A stretch of 64,000 bases of DNA from Candidatus Nanoarchaeia archaeon (GTDB lineage Archaea > Nanobdellota > Nanobdellia > SCGC-AAA011-G17 > JAFCDX01), in the NCBI GenBank assembly GCA_028716945.1, contig JAQUOT010000001.1, forward strand, positions 283,280 to 347,279, given 5' to 3'. The notes below the pieces were generated by a model. The model saw only the letters and a program-made list of their open reading frames with translations. It had not been told where the DNA came from and searched no databases. Below, piece by piece: positions 47,171 through 57,232 of this stretch. How positions within the stretch are numbered: position 1 is the first letter of the stretch; every line of letters begins with the position of its first letter. The translations under genes and the position numbers were made by a program.

Positions 47171-47938
47171 TTATTTTAATAATTCTTTTTGGTATTCAAA
47201 TATTGGAGTCAAAATATAACCTTTTTTAAAATTTCCTAAAATAGCACATTTTTCAGGATTTTTCCAAATATAGTAAGAAAGATAAGCACAAAATACTCCA
47301 TCCAGTAAATCTTCGTAATTCTTCAATTTTTTACCCCTTAGTTTAGTAACATCTAAATTTGTTATTTTTTTGGGTAAAACTAATTTGGTTTCAGCCTTTT
47401 CTAAACCTTTCAAATAAGATTGATATTTCTTAAATTCCTTATATCTAAAATTATAATCTCTTTTTGGTTTTGCTTTGTATTGTAAAATTTTATCTAATTT
47501 AAATAAAACTACAATTGAGGGGTGTGGATAAACTTCAAAGAACTTGTTTGAATTTTCAAATTTCTTGGTTTTTGGATTATGTTCATAACCTTGTTTTTCT
47601 AATTTTTTAGAAATTACTTCTCCCCTAATTGAACCAGTAAAAGAACTTAGTCTAGTTCTGTTAGCTGGGTGAGCACCTGCATTAAACTTTCTAAATAACT
47701 TGCCAGTTATTTCTTCAGCCACCCTTCTTCCAGTTTTGTTTGGAACAATTAAAGGTGCATCAATTGAAATGAAAGCTTTATCTTCTTTTGTACCTTCTTT
47801 TATAAAATCTAAGATTTCTTGATCAGAGGTTCCAATTTTGGCTAAAATCAATTCAGCTTTTTCTTTGTTTCCAGAAAGTACAGCTAGACCTGAAGCATTT
47901 CTTTCAGACCAAGCTAAGTCAACCCCCACAAATTTCAT
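47171..47938 (-). CDS. DUF429-like (predicted RNase H-fold) protein
   Basis: MKFVGVDLAWSERNASGLAVL start and an internal IDAPLIVPN are typical of DUF429. Confidence 0.55.
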   Translation of the reverse strand: MKFVGVDLAWSERNASGLAVLSGNKEKAELILAKIGTSDQEILDFIKEGTKEDKAFISIDAPLIVPNKTGRRVAEEITGKLFRKFNAGAHPANRTRLSSFTGSIRGEVISKKLEKQGYEHNPKTKKFENSNKFFEVYPHPSIVVLFKLDKILQYKAKPKRDYNFRYKEFKKYQSYLKGLEKAETKLVLPKKITNLDVTKLRGKKLKNYEDLLDGVFCAYLSYYIWKNPEKCAILGNFKKGYILTPIFEYQKELLK

Positions 47939-48567
47939 GAATAAATTATGTCTTTTAGTTTTAATAAATCCTTTGGTTGGTTTATAAGAAAATCTGGTTT
48001 TGATGATTTTAGTATATTTTTAGAATTATACCCCCAAGTTACTACTACTATTCTAACCCCAACTTTTTTACAGGCTTCTATGTCCCTTACTTCATCCCCA
48101 ACATAAAAGACTTCATCCTTCCTTAATCCTTCTAATTTTAAAATTTTCTTCATTGTGCTAGATTTACCAAAAACACTGCTTGCAGAGTAAATTTTATCAA
48201 AAAGTTCTAAATTGTTCTTTTTTAGAAATGTTTCTACATTCTCTTTAGAATTTGAGGTTAAAATTAAAAGTCTGAGCCCTTTTTCTTTAAGTCTAAGTAA
48301 TGTAAATTTGATGGGAATTGTAGATCTTAGATTTTTAATCTCCTTATTCAATTCTAATCTAAATCTTTTTGTTAAAGAAGGTAACTTAAATAGAGATATA
48401 TTTAAAGTTTTAAAAACTTCTTTTGCTCCCATCTCTCTTAGGTTAGGTATGTCTTGTTTGGTTATTTTATTAAAATTATACTCTTCAGCTAAATTATTCA
48501 TTATTTTTAAGAAACTATCAAAAGTGTCTGCTAGTGTTCCATCAAAATCAAAAATAATTGTTTTCAT
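47935..48567 (-). CDS. HAD-superfamily phosphatase (phosphoglycolate phosphatase-like)
   Basis: IIFDFDGTLADT motif I, ILTSNS motif II, YVGDEVRDIEA motif IV. Confidence 0.75.
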   Translation of the reverse strand: MKTIIFDFDGTLADTFDSFLKIMNNLAEEYNFNKITKQDIPNLREMGAKEVFKTLNISLFKLPSLTKRFRLELNKEIKNLRSTIPIKFTLLRLKEKGLRLLILTSNSKENVETFLKKNNLELFDKIYSASSVFGKSSTMKKILKLEGLRKDEVFYVGDEVRDIEACKKVGVRIVVVTWGYNSKNILKSSKPDFLINQPKDLLKLKDIIYS

Positions 48568-48885
48568 GTAAGGTTATGAAATTATTTACCTTAAAAATTT
48601 ACCTATCTTAATTTTGTTAAAGTGTTCATTTAATTCTTGTTTTACAATCCTTTTATTTCTAAATTATTTTACACCTTAATAAAAAAATCTTATTATGTAA
48701 ATTATTATTATTGTTTTACATCTTGCAGTAGTGTAGTAGTATCTGTAAACTAAATTAAACTTAAACTAGTTCTAAATTAAAAGAAAAATAAATATAAATT
48801 AATATTAAAATAATTGTAAAATAAGTGTAAACTAATTATAAAATAAATACAAAAAGTTTAAATATATGGCTTAATAACTAAGTTT

Positions 48886-49605
48886 ATGGCTTATTTACTC
48901 ATTTTTATTTTAATATTCTTAATTCTAACTTTTTTAATTTTCAAATTAATTAAAAAAATAATTCTTGCAGCAATTTCGTTTGTTTTTATGTTAGCAATTT
49001 TGTTGGCAATCTTTGGTGTTTTTGTTTATATGGACTTTTTAAACCTACAAGAGAATTTACCAATTCAAGATAATATTCTTCTGTTAAAAGACAACAATGC
49101 TTATCTGACAGGTATAAGTTATAATATGAAAAATGCAAATACAGAACAACTTCCAAACATCATTACAGATATCAATTCATACAATTCCAAAAGTTATTCT
49201 GAAATCTTGGGTTCAAACTATAAATTAATTATAATGGACATATCTTTTATTGAAGAAAACTTAGATCCAAACTTTAGTTTAACAGAAAAAACAATAACTA
49301 TAAACAAACAGGAAATTATAAGTTTATTAAAATCAAATAATCCAATAAAAGAATTTTTGGCTCAAAAAGGCATGCCTGAACAAGCAATCCAATTCTTACC
49401 TGCAGATTATAGTTCTACTGAAAAGTTAAAAGCAATACTTTTCTTGGCAGCAAACAAAGACATTGTAGAAAAACAAAGCATCTCACCTATAATTAAAGGA
49501 TTCAAGAAAGGCCAAATTATTGTTTACAAACAGACAGTTCTTTTTGAATTTGTTAAATACCTTCCAACCCCTTTAGTAGAATCTATCTTAAATTCTCAAA
49601 AATAA
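48886..49605 (+). CDS. hypothetical membrane-anchored protein
   Basis: 239 aa with two N-terminal TM helices and a soluble C-domain. Confidence 0.5.
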   Translation: MAYLLIFILIFLILTFLIFKLIKKIILAAISFVFMLAILLAIFGVFVYMDFLNLQENLPIQDNILLLKDNNAYLTGISYNMKNANTEQLPNIITDINSYNSKSYSEILGSNYKLIIMDISFIEENLDPNFSLTEKTITINKQEIISLLKSNNPIKEFLAQKGMPEQAIQFLPADYSSTEKLKAILFLAANKDIVEKQSISPIIKGFKKGQIIVYKQTVLFEFVKYLPTPLVESILNSQK

Positions 49606-49666
49606 TAAACTTTAAATAGGCTTCATAAATTAGAAATCTTTATATAAAAGTTCGATGTAATCTACA

Positions 49667-49939
49667 ATGATGGAAAACTTAAACGATTCAAAATTATACT
49701 CAAGACAGCTAATAGGAAAGACGGTTGTTAGTAAAACAGGAAAAAGATTTGGTGAAGTTATCAACCTTTCTTTTGAGACCAGAACTGGCGAATTATTGCA
49801 AATCCTTTTGAGGAATCCAACAGGATATTGTGAAGGTCTTAACCTAGAAAGAGACAAAAATGGTGCTTTATTAATACCTTTTTCATCTGTAATAGCAGTT
49901 GGCGACTTTGTAGTTATTGCTGAAGAGGATATAATTTAA
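49667..49939 (+). CDS. PRC-barrel domain protein
   Basis: 90 aa. LIGKTVVSKTGKRFGEVINLSFETRTGELLQILL...VGDFVVI is the PRC-barrel pattern. Confidence 0.6.
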   Translation: MMENLNDSKLYSRQLIGKTVVSKTGKRFGEVINLSFETRTGELLQILLRNPTGYCEGLNLERDKNGALLIPFSSVIAVGDFVVIAEEDII

Positions 49940-49950
49940 ATTCTTTTAAA

Positions 49951-50187
49951 ATGGGTGAATATTTAGATAAAAATATTAATCCGCCTTATTCTGGTAGAGT
50001 TAGCGAATTATTAAAAAAATGTTATGATTCTGCGAAAAGTGAACAAACGCCAGCATTTCAACAAGGTGGGAGCGATTTAAAATTATTAACTAAAGAAATA
50101 GAAACTATTCAAAATTCTATGCAATCATTGGAAGAAGAAGCAGGAGCAAATGCCAAACTTTTAAAAGAAAGGGCACTTTACATTTAA
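49951..50187 (+). CDS. hypothetical protein
   Basis: 78-aa helical ORF. Confidence 0.4.
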   Translation: MGEYLDKNINPPYSGRVSELLKKCYDSAKSEQTPAFQQGGSDLKLLTKEIETIQNSMQSLEEEAGANAKLLKERALYI

Positions 50188-50234
50188 AATTTATAATCTA
50201 AAGTTTTTTATATTCATCGTTTCTAAGATATATT

Positions 50235-52097
50235 ATGGATAAATTGAATTTTAAAACCACTAAAGAGATTGTAGTTTCTGATAAGATAGCAGATCAGATA
50301 ATAGGCCAAGATCAAGGTTTAGATATTATTAAGAAAGCCTCAAGCCAGAGAAGAAATGTTTTACTAATTGGAGAGCCAGGTACTGGAAAATCAATGTTAG
50401 GACAGGCTTTAGCAGAATTACTACCTAAAGAAAAGCTTGTAGATGTATTATCTTTTGATAACGCCTCTGATGAAAACATACCTATAATCAAAGTTTTTCC
50501 AAAAGGGAAAGGTAAAGAATTAATACAAAGAGCAAAAATACAAAGCCTAGGTCCTGGAAAAAATAAGAATTTCATTGTTTTTGTTTTATTAATTATAGTT
50601 TCTTTGTTTCCTTATTATATGTGGAAAACTAAAATGATTTCAGATGTTATTTATGCTGCTTCTTTAATTACAGGGGTAGTTTTTATTTTGGGCACCATGT
50701 TGATTTTGAACCTAAATAAACGTCTATCTAAATCAGATTTTAAGATTCCAAAAATATTAATAGATAATTCAACAAAACAAAAAGCACCCTTTATTGATGC
50801 TACAGGAGCACATGCAGGAGCTTTGCTTGGAGATTGCTTACATGATCCTTTACAATCTGGAGGTTTAGGAACTCCTTCATACGAACGTTTAGTTCCTGGA
50901 TTTATACACAGGGCAAATGGTGGAGTTTTGTTTATAGATGAAATTGCTAACTTAGATCAACATTCACAACAAGAATTACTAACTGCTCTACAAGAAAAGA
51001 AATATCCTATTACTGGTCAATCTGAAAGATCTTCTGGTTCAATGGTAAGGTCAGAACCAGCACCAGCTGATTTTATTTTAGTAGCTGCAGGTAATTTTGA
51101 AACCATAAAACATTTACATCCTGCTTTAAGGTCTAGAATAAGAGGTTATGGTTATGAAGTTTACATGAATGAAAATATGCCTGATACTTTAGAAAATCAA
51201 AATAAAATAGCAAGATTTGTTGCACAAGAAGTAAAAAAAGATGATAAGATTCCTCCTTTTTCAAAAGAAGCAGTTGATCATATTATTTATGAAGCAAGAT
51301 TAATGGCAGGAACTTCTAATGCTTTAACAGTTAGATTAAGAGAACTCGGAGGTTTAGTTAGAGCAGCAGGAGATATTGCTATAGGACAAAGAGATAAGGT
51401 AGTAGAAAAAGAACATATCTTAAAAGCAAAAAATGTGGCAAGAACTTTAGAACAACAAATGGCAGATAAATATATAGAACAAAAAAAGAAATATCAAGTT
51501 ATAATTACTTCAGGTAAAATTGTGGGTAGAGTTAATGGTTTAGCAGTAATTGGTTCTGGTGGTGCTTTGTCTGGAATAATGCTTCCAATAGAATCAGAAG
51601 TTACTCCTGGTGGAAAAAGAGCAGACTTTATTGCTACTGGAAAACTTGGAGAAATTGCTAAGGAAGCAGTTAAGAATGTTTCAGCTATTGTTATGAAATA
51701 CTTTGGAGAAGATATTAAAGAGAAGTATGATATTTATTGTCAGTTTTTAGGAACTTCTTTAGAAGGAGTAGAAGGAGATTCTGCTTCAATCGCAGTTGCT
51801 ACATCTATCATTTCTGCTTTAAAGAAAATACCTGTAAGACAAGACACGGCTATGACTGGATCTTTATCTATTAGAGGAGAAGTTTTAGCTGTAGGTGGAA
51901 TAAATGCCAAAGTGCTTGCTGCAATAGAGGCCGGAGTTAAAAGAATAATCATACCTGAAAGCAATAAAAAAGATATTGTTTTAAGAAAAGATAATTTGAA
52001 ACAAATTAAAATAATTCCAGTAAATACCATTCAAGAAGTTCTCAAAGAAGCACTTGTTTGGGAAGGAAAACAAAATATTTTTAAAAAATTAAAATAA
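50235..52097 (+). CDS. lonB: archaeal membrane-bound Lon protease (LonB)
   Basis: Walker A GEPGTGKS, two TM helices inserted in the AAA module, FIDEI Walker B, and a C-terminal Ser-Lys protease domain (GDSASIAVA...GGINAKV). Confidence 0.92.
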   Translation: MDKLNFKTTKEIVVSDKIADQIIGQDQGLDIIKKASSQRRNVLLIGEPGTGKSMLGQALAELLPKEKLVDVLSFDNASDENIPIIKVFPKGKGKELIQRAKIQSLGPGKNKNFIVFVLLIIVSLFPYYMWKTKMISDVIYAASLITGVVFILGTMLILNLNKRLSKSDFKIPKILIDNSTKQKAPFIDATGAHAGALLGDCLHDPLQSGGLGTPSYERLVPGFIHRANGGVLFIDEIANLDQHSQQELLTALQEKKYPITGQSERSSGSMVRSEPAPADFILVAAGNFETIKHLHPALRSRIRGYGYEVYMNENMPDTLENQNKIARFVAQEVKKDDKIPPFSKEAVDHIIYEARLMAGTSNALTVRLRELGGLVRAAGDIAIGQRDKVVEKEHILKAKNVARTLEQQMADKYIEQKKKYQVIITSGKIVGRVNGLAVIGSGGALSGIMLPIESEVTPGGKRADFIATGKLGEIAKEAVKNVSAIVMKYFGEDIKEKYDIYCQFLGTSLEGVEGDSASIAVATSIISALKKIPVRQDTAMTGSLSIRGEVLAVGGINAKVLAAIEAGVKRIIIPESNKKDIVLRKDNLKQIKIIPVNTIQEVLKEALVWEGKQNIFKKLK

Positions 52098-52168
52098 ATT
52101 AAACTATTTTTATAAAGCTTCTAATGCTATTTAACAAGATTTTTATAGTTAGGCACTATTAAATTTAT

Positions 52169-52699
52169 ATGTATATTCGGGTTAAAAAGCTCAAGAACCA
52201 GGAATACGCTTATCTTGTAGAAAACAAATGGTCTAGAGTAAAAATGGCTCCAAGACAGAGGTTTGTTAAGTACTTAGGTAAGATACACAATCCTTCTAGG
52301 ACATACGAACATACTTTACAAACAAGATTTAATGTAGTTGATAATGAGAATTATACAAGAAAGACTCCTTTTAAGGAAATATTAAAAGATATAATTGCAG
52401 TGGAATTATTCAATCATAATTTCTATTTTAAGAAGTTTTATTTCAATGATAAATGTTATGTAGATTTGACTAATTTAAAAGTTTATGATGAAAAATTAAC
52501 CCCTTGTGTTGTTAAACTAAATGAAGGTTTTATTTGTGATTATTCACTAAACAAACTATTCCAATATATTCCTAATCATGATGACGAGATGAAAATAGGT
52601 AAGGAATTGGCTTCTAATTTATTAAATGTAGGTATTAAACTAGACCCAACTCTCTTTGTTTTATTATGTAAAAAACTACTAAAAGAAAAGGTTTATTAA
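52169..52699 (+). CDS. hypothetical protein
   Basis: 176 aa. N-terminal MYIRVKKLKNQEYAYLVENKW...YLGK motif of unknown function. Confidence 0.45.
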   Translation: MYIRVKKLKNQEYAYLVENKWSRVKMAPRQRFVKYLGKIHNPSRTYEHTLQTRFNVVDNENYTRKTPFKEILKDIIAVELFNHNFYFKKFYFNDKCYVDLTNLKVYDEKLTPCVVKLNEGFICDYSLNKLFQYIPNHDDEMKIGKELASNLLNVGIKLDPTLFVLLCKKLLKEKVY

Positions 52700-52721
52700 T
52701 TAAATTTAATCTAACAATAAA

Positions 52722-54374
52722 ATGGACTTCCAAAAAGAGATAATAAAACTTCTAGAAAAGCATGTAAAAAATCCAACATTAGAGATACCTCCTTCAAAAG
52801 AACTAGGAGATTATGCTTTTCCTTGCTTTCCTTTGGCTAGAGAATATAAGAAAAACCCTATAGAAATAGCCCAAGATCTTCATAAAAAAATAAAACCAAC
52901 CAAAGCTATAGAAAAAATAACTGTTAATGGAGGCTATCTAAACTTCTTTATTAACAAGGAATTATTGGCTGAAGAAGTTATTAATCAAATATTGAAGGAA
53001 AAAGAAAAATATGGAAACTCCCATCTTGGTAAAAATAAAACAATTGTTATAGATATGTCCTCTCCAAACATTGCAAAACCCTTCGGAATAGGCCATTTAA
53101 GATCTACAATTATAGGTAATTCTCTATCAGAAATACACAAAAAACTAGGATTTAAAACCATAAAAATTAATTATTTAGGAGACTGGGGAACTCAGTTTGG
53201 TAAGTTAATTGTTGGATATAAAAAGTTTGGTTCTGCAACTAAATTAAAGAAAAATCCAATAGAGCATTTACTTGAAGTTTATGTTAAAGCCAATTCTGAA
53301 GAATACGAAGATGAAGCAAGAGCCTGGTTTAAAAAACTAGAATTAGGAGATAAAGAAGCATTAAAATTATGGAAATTCTTCAGAGAATTAAGTATAAAAG
53401 AATTTGATAAAATATACAAGATTTTAGGTATAAAATTCGACGTAAATTCTGGAGAATCTTATTACAATAATAAGATGCAATCAACTATAAAAGAGCTAAA
53501 AACAAAGAATCTTTTAGAAGAATCTGAAGAGGCTTTAGTAGTTAATCTTGAAAAATATAATCTTGAAGTATGTTTAATACAGAAGAAAGATGGTACTACT
53601 TTGTATGCTACTAGGGATATTACAGCTGCAATCGACCGTTATAAAAAATATAAATTTGAAAAAATGTTATATGAAGTAGGTTCAGAACAACAATTACACT
53701 TTAAACAATTCTTTAAAGTTCTAGAACTATTAGGGTATAAATGGGCTAAAAATTGCATCCATATTGAGCACGGTTTATACTTAGATAAAGAAGGAAAGAA
53801 GTTTGCTACAAGAAAAGGAAAGACTGTTTTCATGGAAGAAATCCTGCAAGAAACAATAGATTTAGCTAAAAAAACCATAGAAAAAAAGAATCCAAAACTA
53901 AAAAACAAAGACGAAATAGCAAGGAAAATAGCTATTGGTGCAATATTCTTTGGAGATTTAAAAAACAAAAGAAATAATAATATTATATTTGATATAGAGA
54001 GATTCTTGGATTTTGAAGGAGATACAGGACCTTATTTACAATATAGTTATGCTCGTGCAAATAGTATTCTTGAAAAGGTTAAAACTAAAAAAACAACATT
54101 CAAGCTTAAAAACTTAGAAGAACCCGAGATAGAATTAATTAAAAAATTATCAGCTTTTCCAGATATAGTTAATCAATCTTATACGCATTTAAATCCAGCA
54201 ATAATTGCAAATTATTCTACAGAATTAGCACAAAATTTTAATGAATTTTATCATAAATGTCCTGTAATAAATTCAGAATATAAGGAGCAAAGAATATCAA
54301 TAGTTAAGGCTTTTATGTATATTATTAAGGAAAGTTTGTCATTACTAGGGATAGAAACAGTGCAGGAAATGTAA
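52722..54374 (+). CDS. argS: arginyl-tRNA synthetase
   Basis: 550 aa. SSPNIAKPFGIGHLRST (HIGH-type), a class I core, and a DALR-type anticodon-binding C-terminus ending with M. Confidence 0.92.
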   Translation: MDFQKEIIKLLEKHVKNPTLEIPPSKELGDYAFPCFPLAREYKKNPIEIAQDLHKKIKPTKAIEKITVNGGYLNFFINKELLAEEVINQILKEKEKYGNSHLGKNKTIVIDMSSPNIAKPFGIGHLRSTIIGNSLSEIHKKLGFKTIKINYLGDWGTQFGKLIVGYKKFGSATKLKKNPIEHLLEVYVKANSEEYEDEARAWFKKLELGDKEALKLWKFFRELSIKEFDKIYKILGIKFDVNSGESYYNNKMQSTIKELKTKNLLEESEEALVVNLEKYNLEVCLIQKKDGTTLYATRDITAAIDRYKKYKFEKMLYEVGSEQQLHFKQFFKVLELLGYKWAKNCIHIEHGLYLDKEGKKFATRKGKTVFMEEILQETIDLAKKTIEKKNPKLKNKDEIARKIAIGAIFFGDLKNKRNNNIIFDIERFLDFEGDTGPYLQYSYARANSILEKVKTKKTTFKLKNLEEPEIELIKKLSAFPDIVNQSYTHLNPAIIANYSTELAQNFNEFYHKCPVINSEYKEQRISIVKAFMYIIKESLSLLGIETVQEM

Positions 54375-54411
54375 CAATAAGCTTTAAATATCCCTTCTAT
54401 ATAAAATCTTT

Positions 54412-54867
54412 ATGCCAATAGTAAATTTTACAATAACAAAAATAGATGCAGCAAGGCTTGCAGATGAATTGACAGGGAAATTAAGTATTAAATCAGATTT
54501 AAAAATAGTTAATGTTGCTGAAGAAAAATTAAATATTTCTAACCAAACTGCATTGAAATTTACATTCGAATTCGTTATAGATTATGAACCTAAATTTGGT
54601 AAAATTCTTCTTGGAGGGTATTTGTTATACATGCCAGGATCCGACGAGAATGATGCAAAAACAGTAGTAGATACCTGGAAGAAAACAAAGAAATTAGACA
54701 CAAAATTAATGGAAGCTTTGTTTAATGCTACTTTATCTAAATGCAATGTTAAAGCATTAGTATTATCTCAAGAAATTAATTTACCTCCACATATCAGATT
54801 ACCTGTTGTTGTAGCAGAGAAAAGCGCAGATAAATCTAATGATAAGAAAAATGCTTATATAGGTTAA
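54412..54867 (+). CDS. hypothetical protein
   Basis: 151-aa ORF with a TATA-like box upstream. Confidence 0.45.
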   Translation: MPIVNFTITKIDAARLADELTGKLSIKSDLKIVNVAEEKLNISNQTALKFTFEFVIDYEPKFGKILLGGYLLYMPGSDENDAKTVVDTWKKTKKLDTKLMEALFNATLSKCNVKALVLSQEINLPPHIRLPVVVAEKSADKSNDKKNAYIG

Positions 54868-55140
54868 TTTTAAGCAGAAAAAAATTCTTTTAAAGTTTTA
54901 CGTTGTTTTTCTCTATTAGAAGCTTCTTCCCATTCACACTTTTCTTTTTTCATTATATTAAGAATATTAATCTCTTTTTTCGTCGTAAATCACCACTATC
55001 TTTTTTGTAAGATGTTTTTGTTTATATACTCTTATGCATTTTGATGTATCACTTTTGAAAATATATATTTCATTGAGACACCACTACAAAAATGATACAT
55101 ATTTTTTCCTCACTTTTCCTTACAAGATAATTTCTTAAAA

Positions 55141-55553
55141 GAACTCTCACTTTCCTAAGATCTCCTAAACTCTCTCTCCAACTTCTTTCTTTTTTATAGA
55201 ATCTTTTACAAAAGACCTTATTTAACTCTCACCTTTGGTTATATTATTATACCCCTTTATTTTTCTATTAAAAATCCCCCTCTTTTTTCCTTTATTTTAA
55301 AGAATTAATATATTACGAACTCTCACTTTTCTTTAAATCTTAATCCTACCCATTCCTCTCTTTCTTAGATTCTTACCTCCCTTCTTTTTTAATATATTTT
55401 AATAAGAATGAACTCTCACTTTTGATAAAAGAGAATATTATTTTGAGGTTTTTACCTACCCAAAACCATTAAATTTTTGCTACAAAAACTCACTTTTTAA
55501 TTAAAAAACTTATCTCTTTTTTAAAATTTTAGATCTATCAGAACTCTCACTTT
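55141..55553. repeat. array of 6 copies of GAACTCTCACTTT at ~54-93 bp spacing (decayed 3'-end copies of the gene at 55547..56146)
   Basis: Copies at 55141, 55224 (AACTCTCACCTTT), 55317, 55410, 55487 (AACTCACTTTTT) and 55541. The last copy contains the real stop codon (minus strand AAG TGA GAGTTC). Confidence 0.8.
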
Positions 55554-56146
55554 GCTTCTTTTAATATAGCTCTCTTTTCTTTTTCACCAAAATAAAATAA
55601 TTTTTTTCTTCCTTTAGCACTGTTTTTTTCTTCTAATTTGAATCCAACTTTTTTTATGTCGTTAATATGTCTTCTAACTGTAACTATACTCAACCCTAAC
55701 TTTTTTGAAATATCATCATAACCCAATGGACCACCTGCATAAACTAGTAAACCAAGTATATTTTTCTGTGCAGGAGTCAGTTTTTCGATAGTTTGAACGT
55801 TCATGAACGATTGAACGTTCATGAACAGTTGACTACCTGAATTCGAAGGAGTTGCCTCGTTTAAACCTATTTCAGCTGAGCGTTCATGAACGTTCATGAA
55901 CGATTGAACGCTCAAATTTTCTAGCTTATCTTCAATTGCACTAATTCTTCGCGATAAATGCATAATATTTTTCTCATGATTCTCGTGTTTTTCATCATTC
56001 TCGTCGTGCTTTTGCTTAAAATGATTTATCCAATTTCCAATCTCTTTTATATCTATTTTTATATTAGAAAAAGATTCATGTAATTTGGTGTCTAATTTAA
56101 CCTGATCACCTTGAACGCCCACTTTTTTGAATAACCACGATAACAT
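55547..56146 (-). CDS. coiled-coil plus C-terminal winged-helix DNA-binding protein with SFMNV peptide repeats
   Basis: 199 aa. C-terminal LTPAQKNILGLLVYAGGPLGYDDISKKLGLSIVTVRRHINDIKKVGF is a wHTH. Central repeats SFMNVH / LFMNVQSFMNVQ are encoded by palindromic DNA. Confidence 0.55.
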   Translation of the reverse strand: MLSWLFKKVGVQGDQVKLDTKLHESFSNIKIDIKEIGNWINHFKQKHDENDEKHENHEKNIMHLSRRISAIEDKLENLSVQSFMNVHERSAEIGLNEATPSNSGSQLFMNVQSFMNVQTIEKLTPAQKNILGLLVYAGGPLGYDDISKKLGLSIVTVRRHINDIKKVGFKLEEKNSAKGRKKLFYFGEKEKRAILKEAK

Positions 56147-56265
56147 ACTTTATACTGGATAACTCCTCAGAATTTAAATCTTTGGTTTGGAAAAGGTTGT
56201 ACTCCTAAGTGGTGACAATAAGAAAAGTATATAAATCTAAGTACATTACTAAAATCTGATTCAAA

Positions 56266-56769
56266 ATGATACAAACCCCACAAAATTCACACATAACTTT
56301 TAATGAATTAATGGAAACTTTAATAGATAAATTAGGAATAATTTCAGAAGTACATCAACCAGAAGGAAAAAGTAATACTTGCTTTGCAAATCAATTAAAA
56401 TTAATATTGTCTTTGATTGAATCTACTCCAAAAGATGGAGAAAAATTAATTGTTGGATTAGAATATTCTTTATTAAAAAATTCGCCATTATATCTTTTAG
56501 TTTATAAAGATGATAGGATACAAATTATTCCTACTGTAAAACAAACTGAAATTTATGGGGAAAAAAGAGAAAAAGAGATTATAGACACATTAAATAGCTT
56601 AGAAAAAGGGATTATAATTGTAGGAGAAGAACATATAGATGCTGTAGCTAAATCAAAACCGCAAGCACACATAATATATGATAATCCCATAAAACATTAC
56701 GAATTTATTCAAGAAAAAGGGATTTATAAATCAAAACAAGATCATTTTTTAATCAGAGGATTTTTATAA
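56266..56769 (+). CDS. hypothetical protein
   Basis: 167-aa ORF. Confidence 0.45.
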   Translation: MIQTPQNSHITFNELMETLIDKLGIISEVHQPEGKSNTCFANQLKLILSLIESTPKDGEKLIVGLEYSLLKNSPLYLLVYKDDRIQIIPTVKQTEIYGEKREKEIIDTLNSLEKGIIIVGEEHIDAVAKSKPQAHIIYDNPIKHYEFIQEKGIYKSKQDHFLIRGFL

Positions 56770-56775
56770 TTATTT

Positions 56776-57084
56776 TTAAAGATTTTTTAATTCATCATCT
56801 ACTTTTATTTTTAAGAAACCTAAATTATTAACTAAACTTTCTGTATCTCTTCCTTTTGAAGCTTTTTTTAAATCTAATAAATTAGCTAAATATACCTTCA
56901 CACTTTCTTTGATTATTTCTAATTTCCTATGTACGTCTCTATATACTTCTGGATTGCTTATAGACAATTTAGCACCATGATTATCTTTTTTAATATCTTT
57001 TAATTTTTTCTCTATTACACCAAAATCTGCCCAAACATATTTTAATCCTTTTAATAACTTTTCAATTTCATCATCATTTGCCAT
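56776..57084 (-). CDS. hypothetical helical protein
   Basis: The internal ATG at 57084 (MANDDEIEKLL) is preferred. The upstream extension is low-complexity Y/I/K-rich. Confidence 0.4.
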   Translation of the reverse strand: MANDDEIEKLLKGLKYVWADFGVIEKKLKDIKKDNHGAKLSISNPEVYRDVHRKLEIIKESVKVYLANLLDLKKASKGRDTESLVNNLGFLKIKVDDELKNL

Positions 57085-57153
57085 CTTAATATAAAAATAA
57101 AGTTTAATATAAATATTTCTATAGAAGACAATATAGTTATAATATTTAAGCAA

Positions 57154-57172
57154 CGCTTAAAAGTTTTAAGCG
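57154..57172. promoter_or_regulatory. perfect 19-nt palindrome CGCTTAAAAGTTTTAAGCG in a divergent intergenic region
   Basis: 9-bp arms around a central G. Lies between the divergent starts at 57084 (-) and 57233 (+). Confidence 0.4.
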
Positions 57173-57232
57173 CATAATTCTAACAATTTTATATCAATAA
57201 TTCTTAAATAGCTATTAAATTCTAATTTTTTA

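Noticed and set aside
54868-55553. Possible CRISPR array, because of regularly spaced repeats in an ORF-free region
   Set aside because: The conserved unit is only ~13 nt and spacing is irregular (54-93 bp). The spacers resemble each other and the adjacent gene's 3' end, and no cas genes are present.
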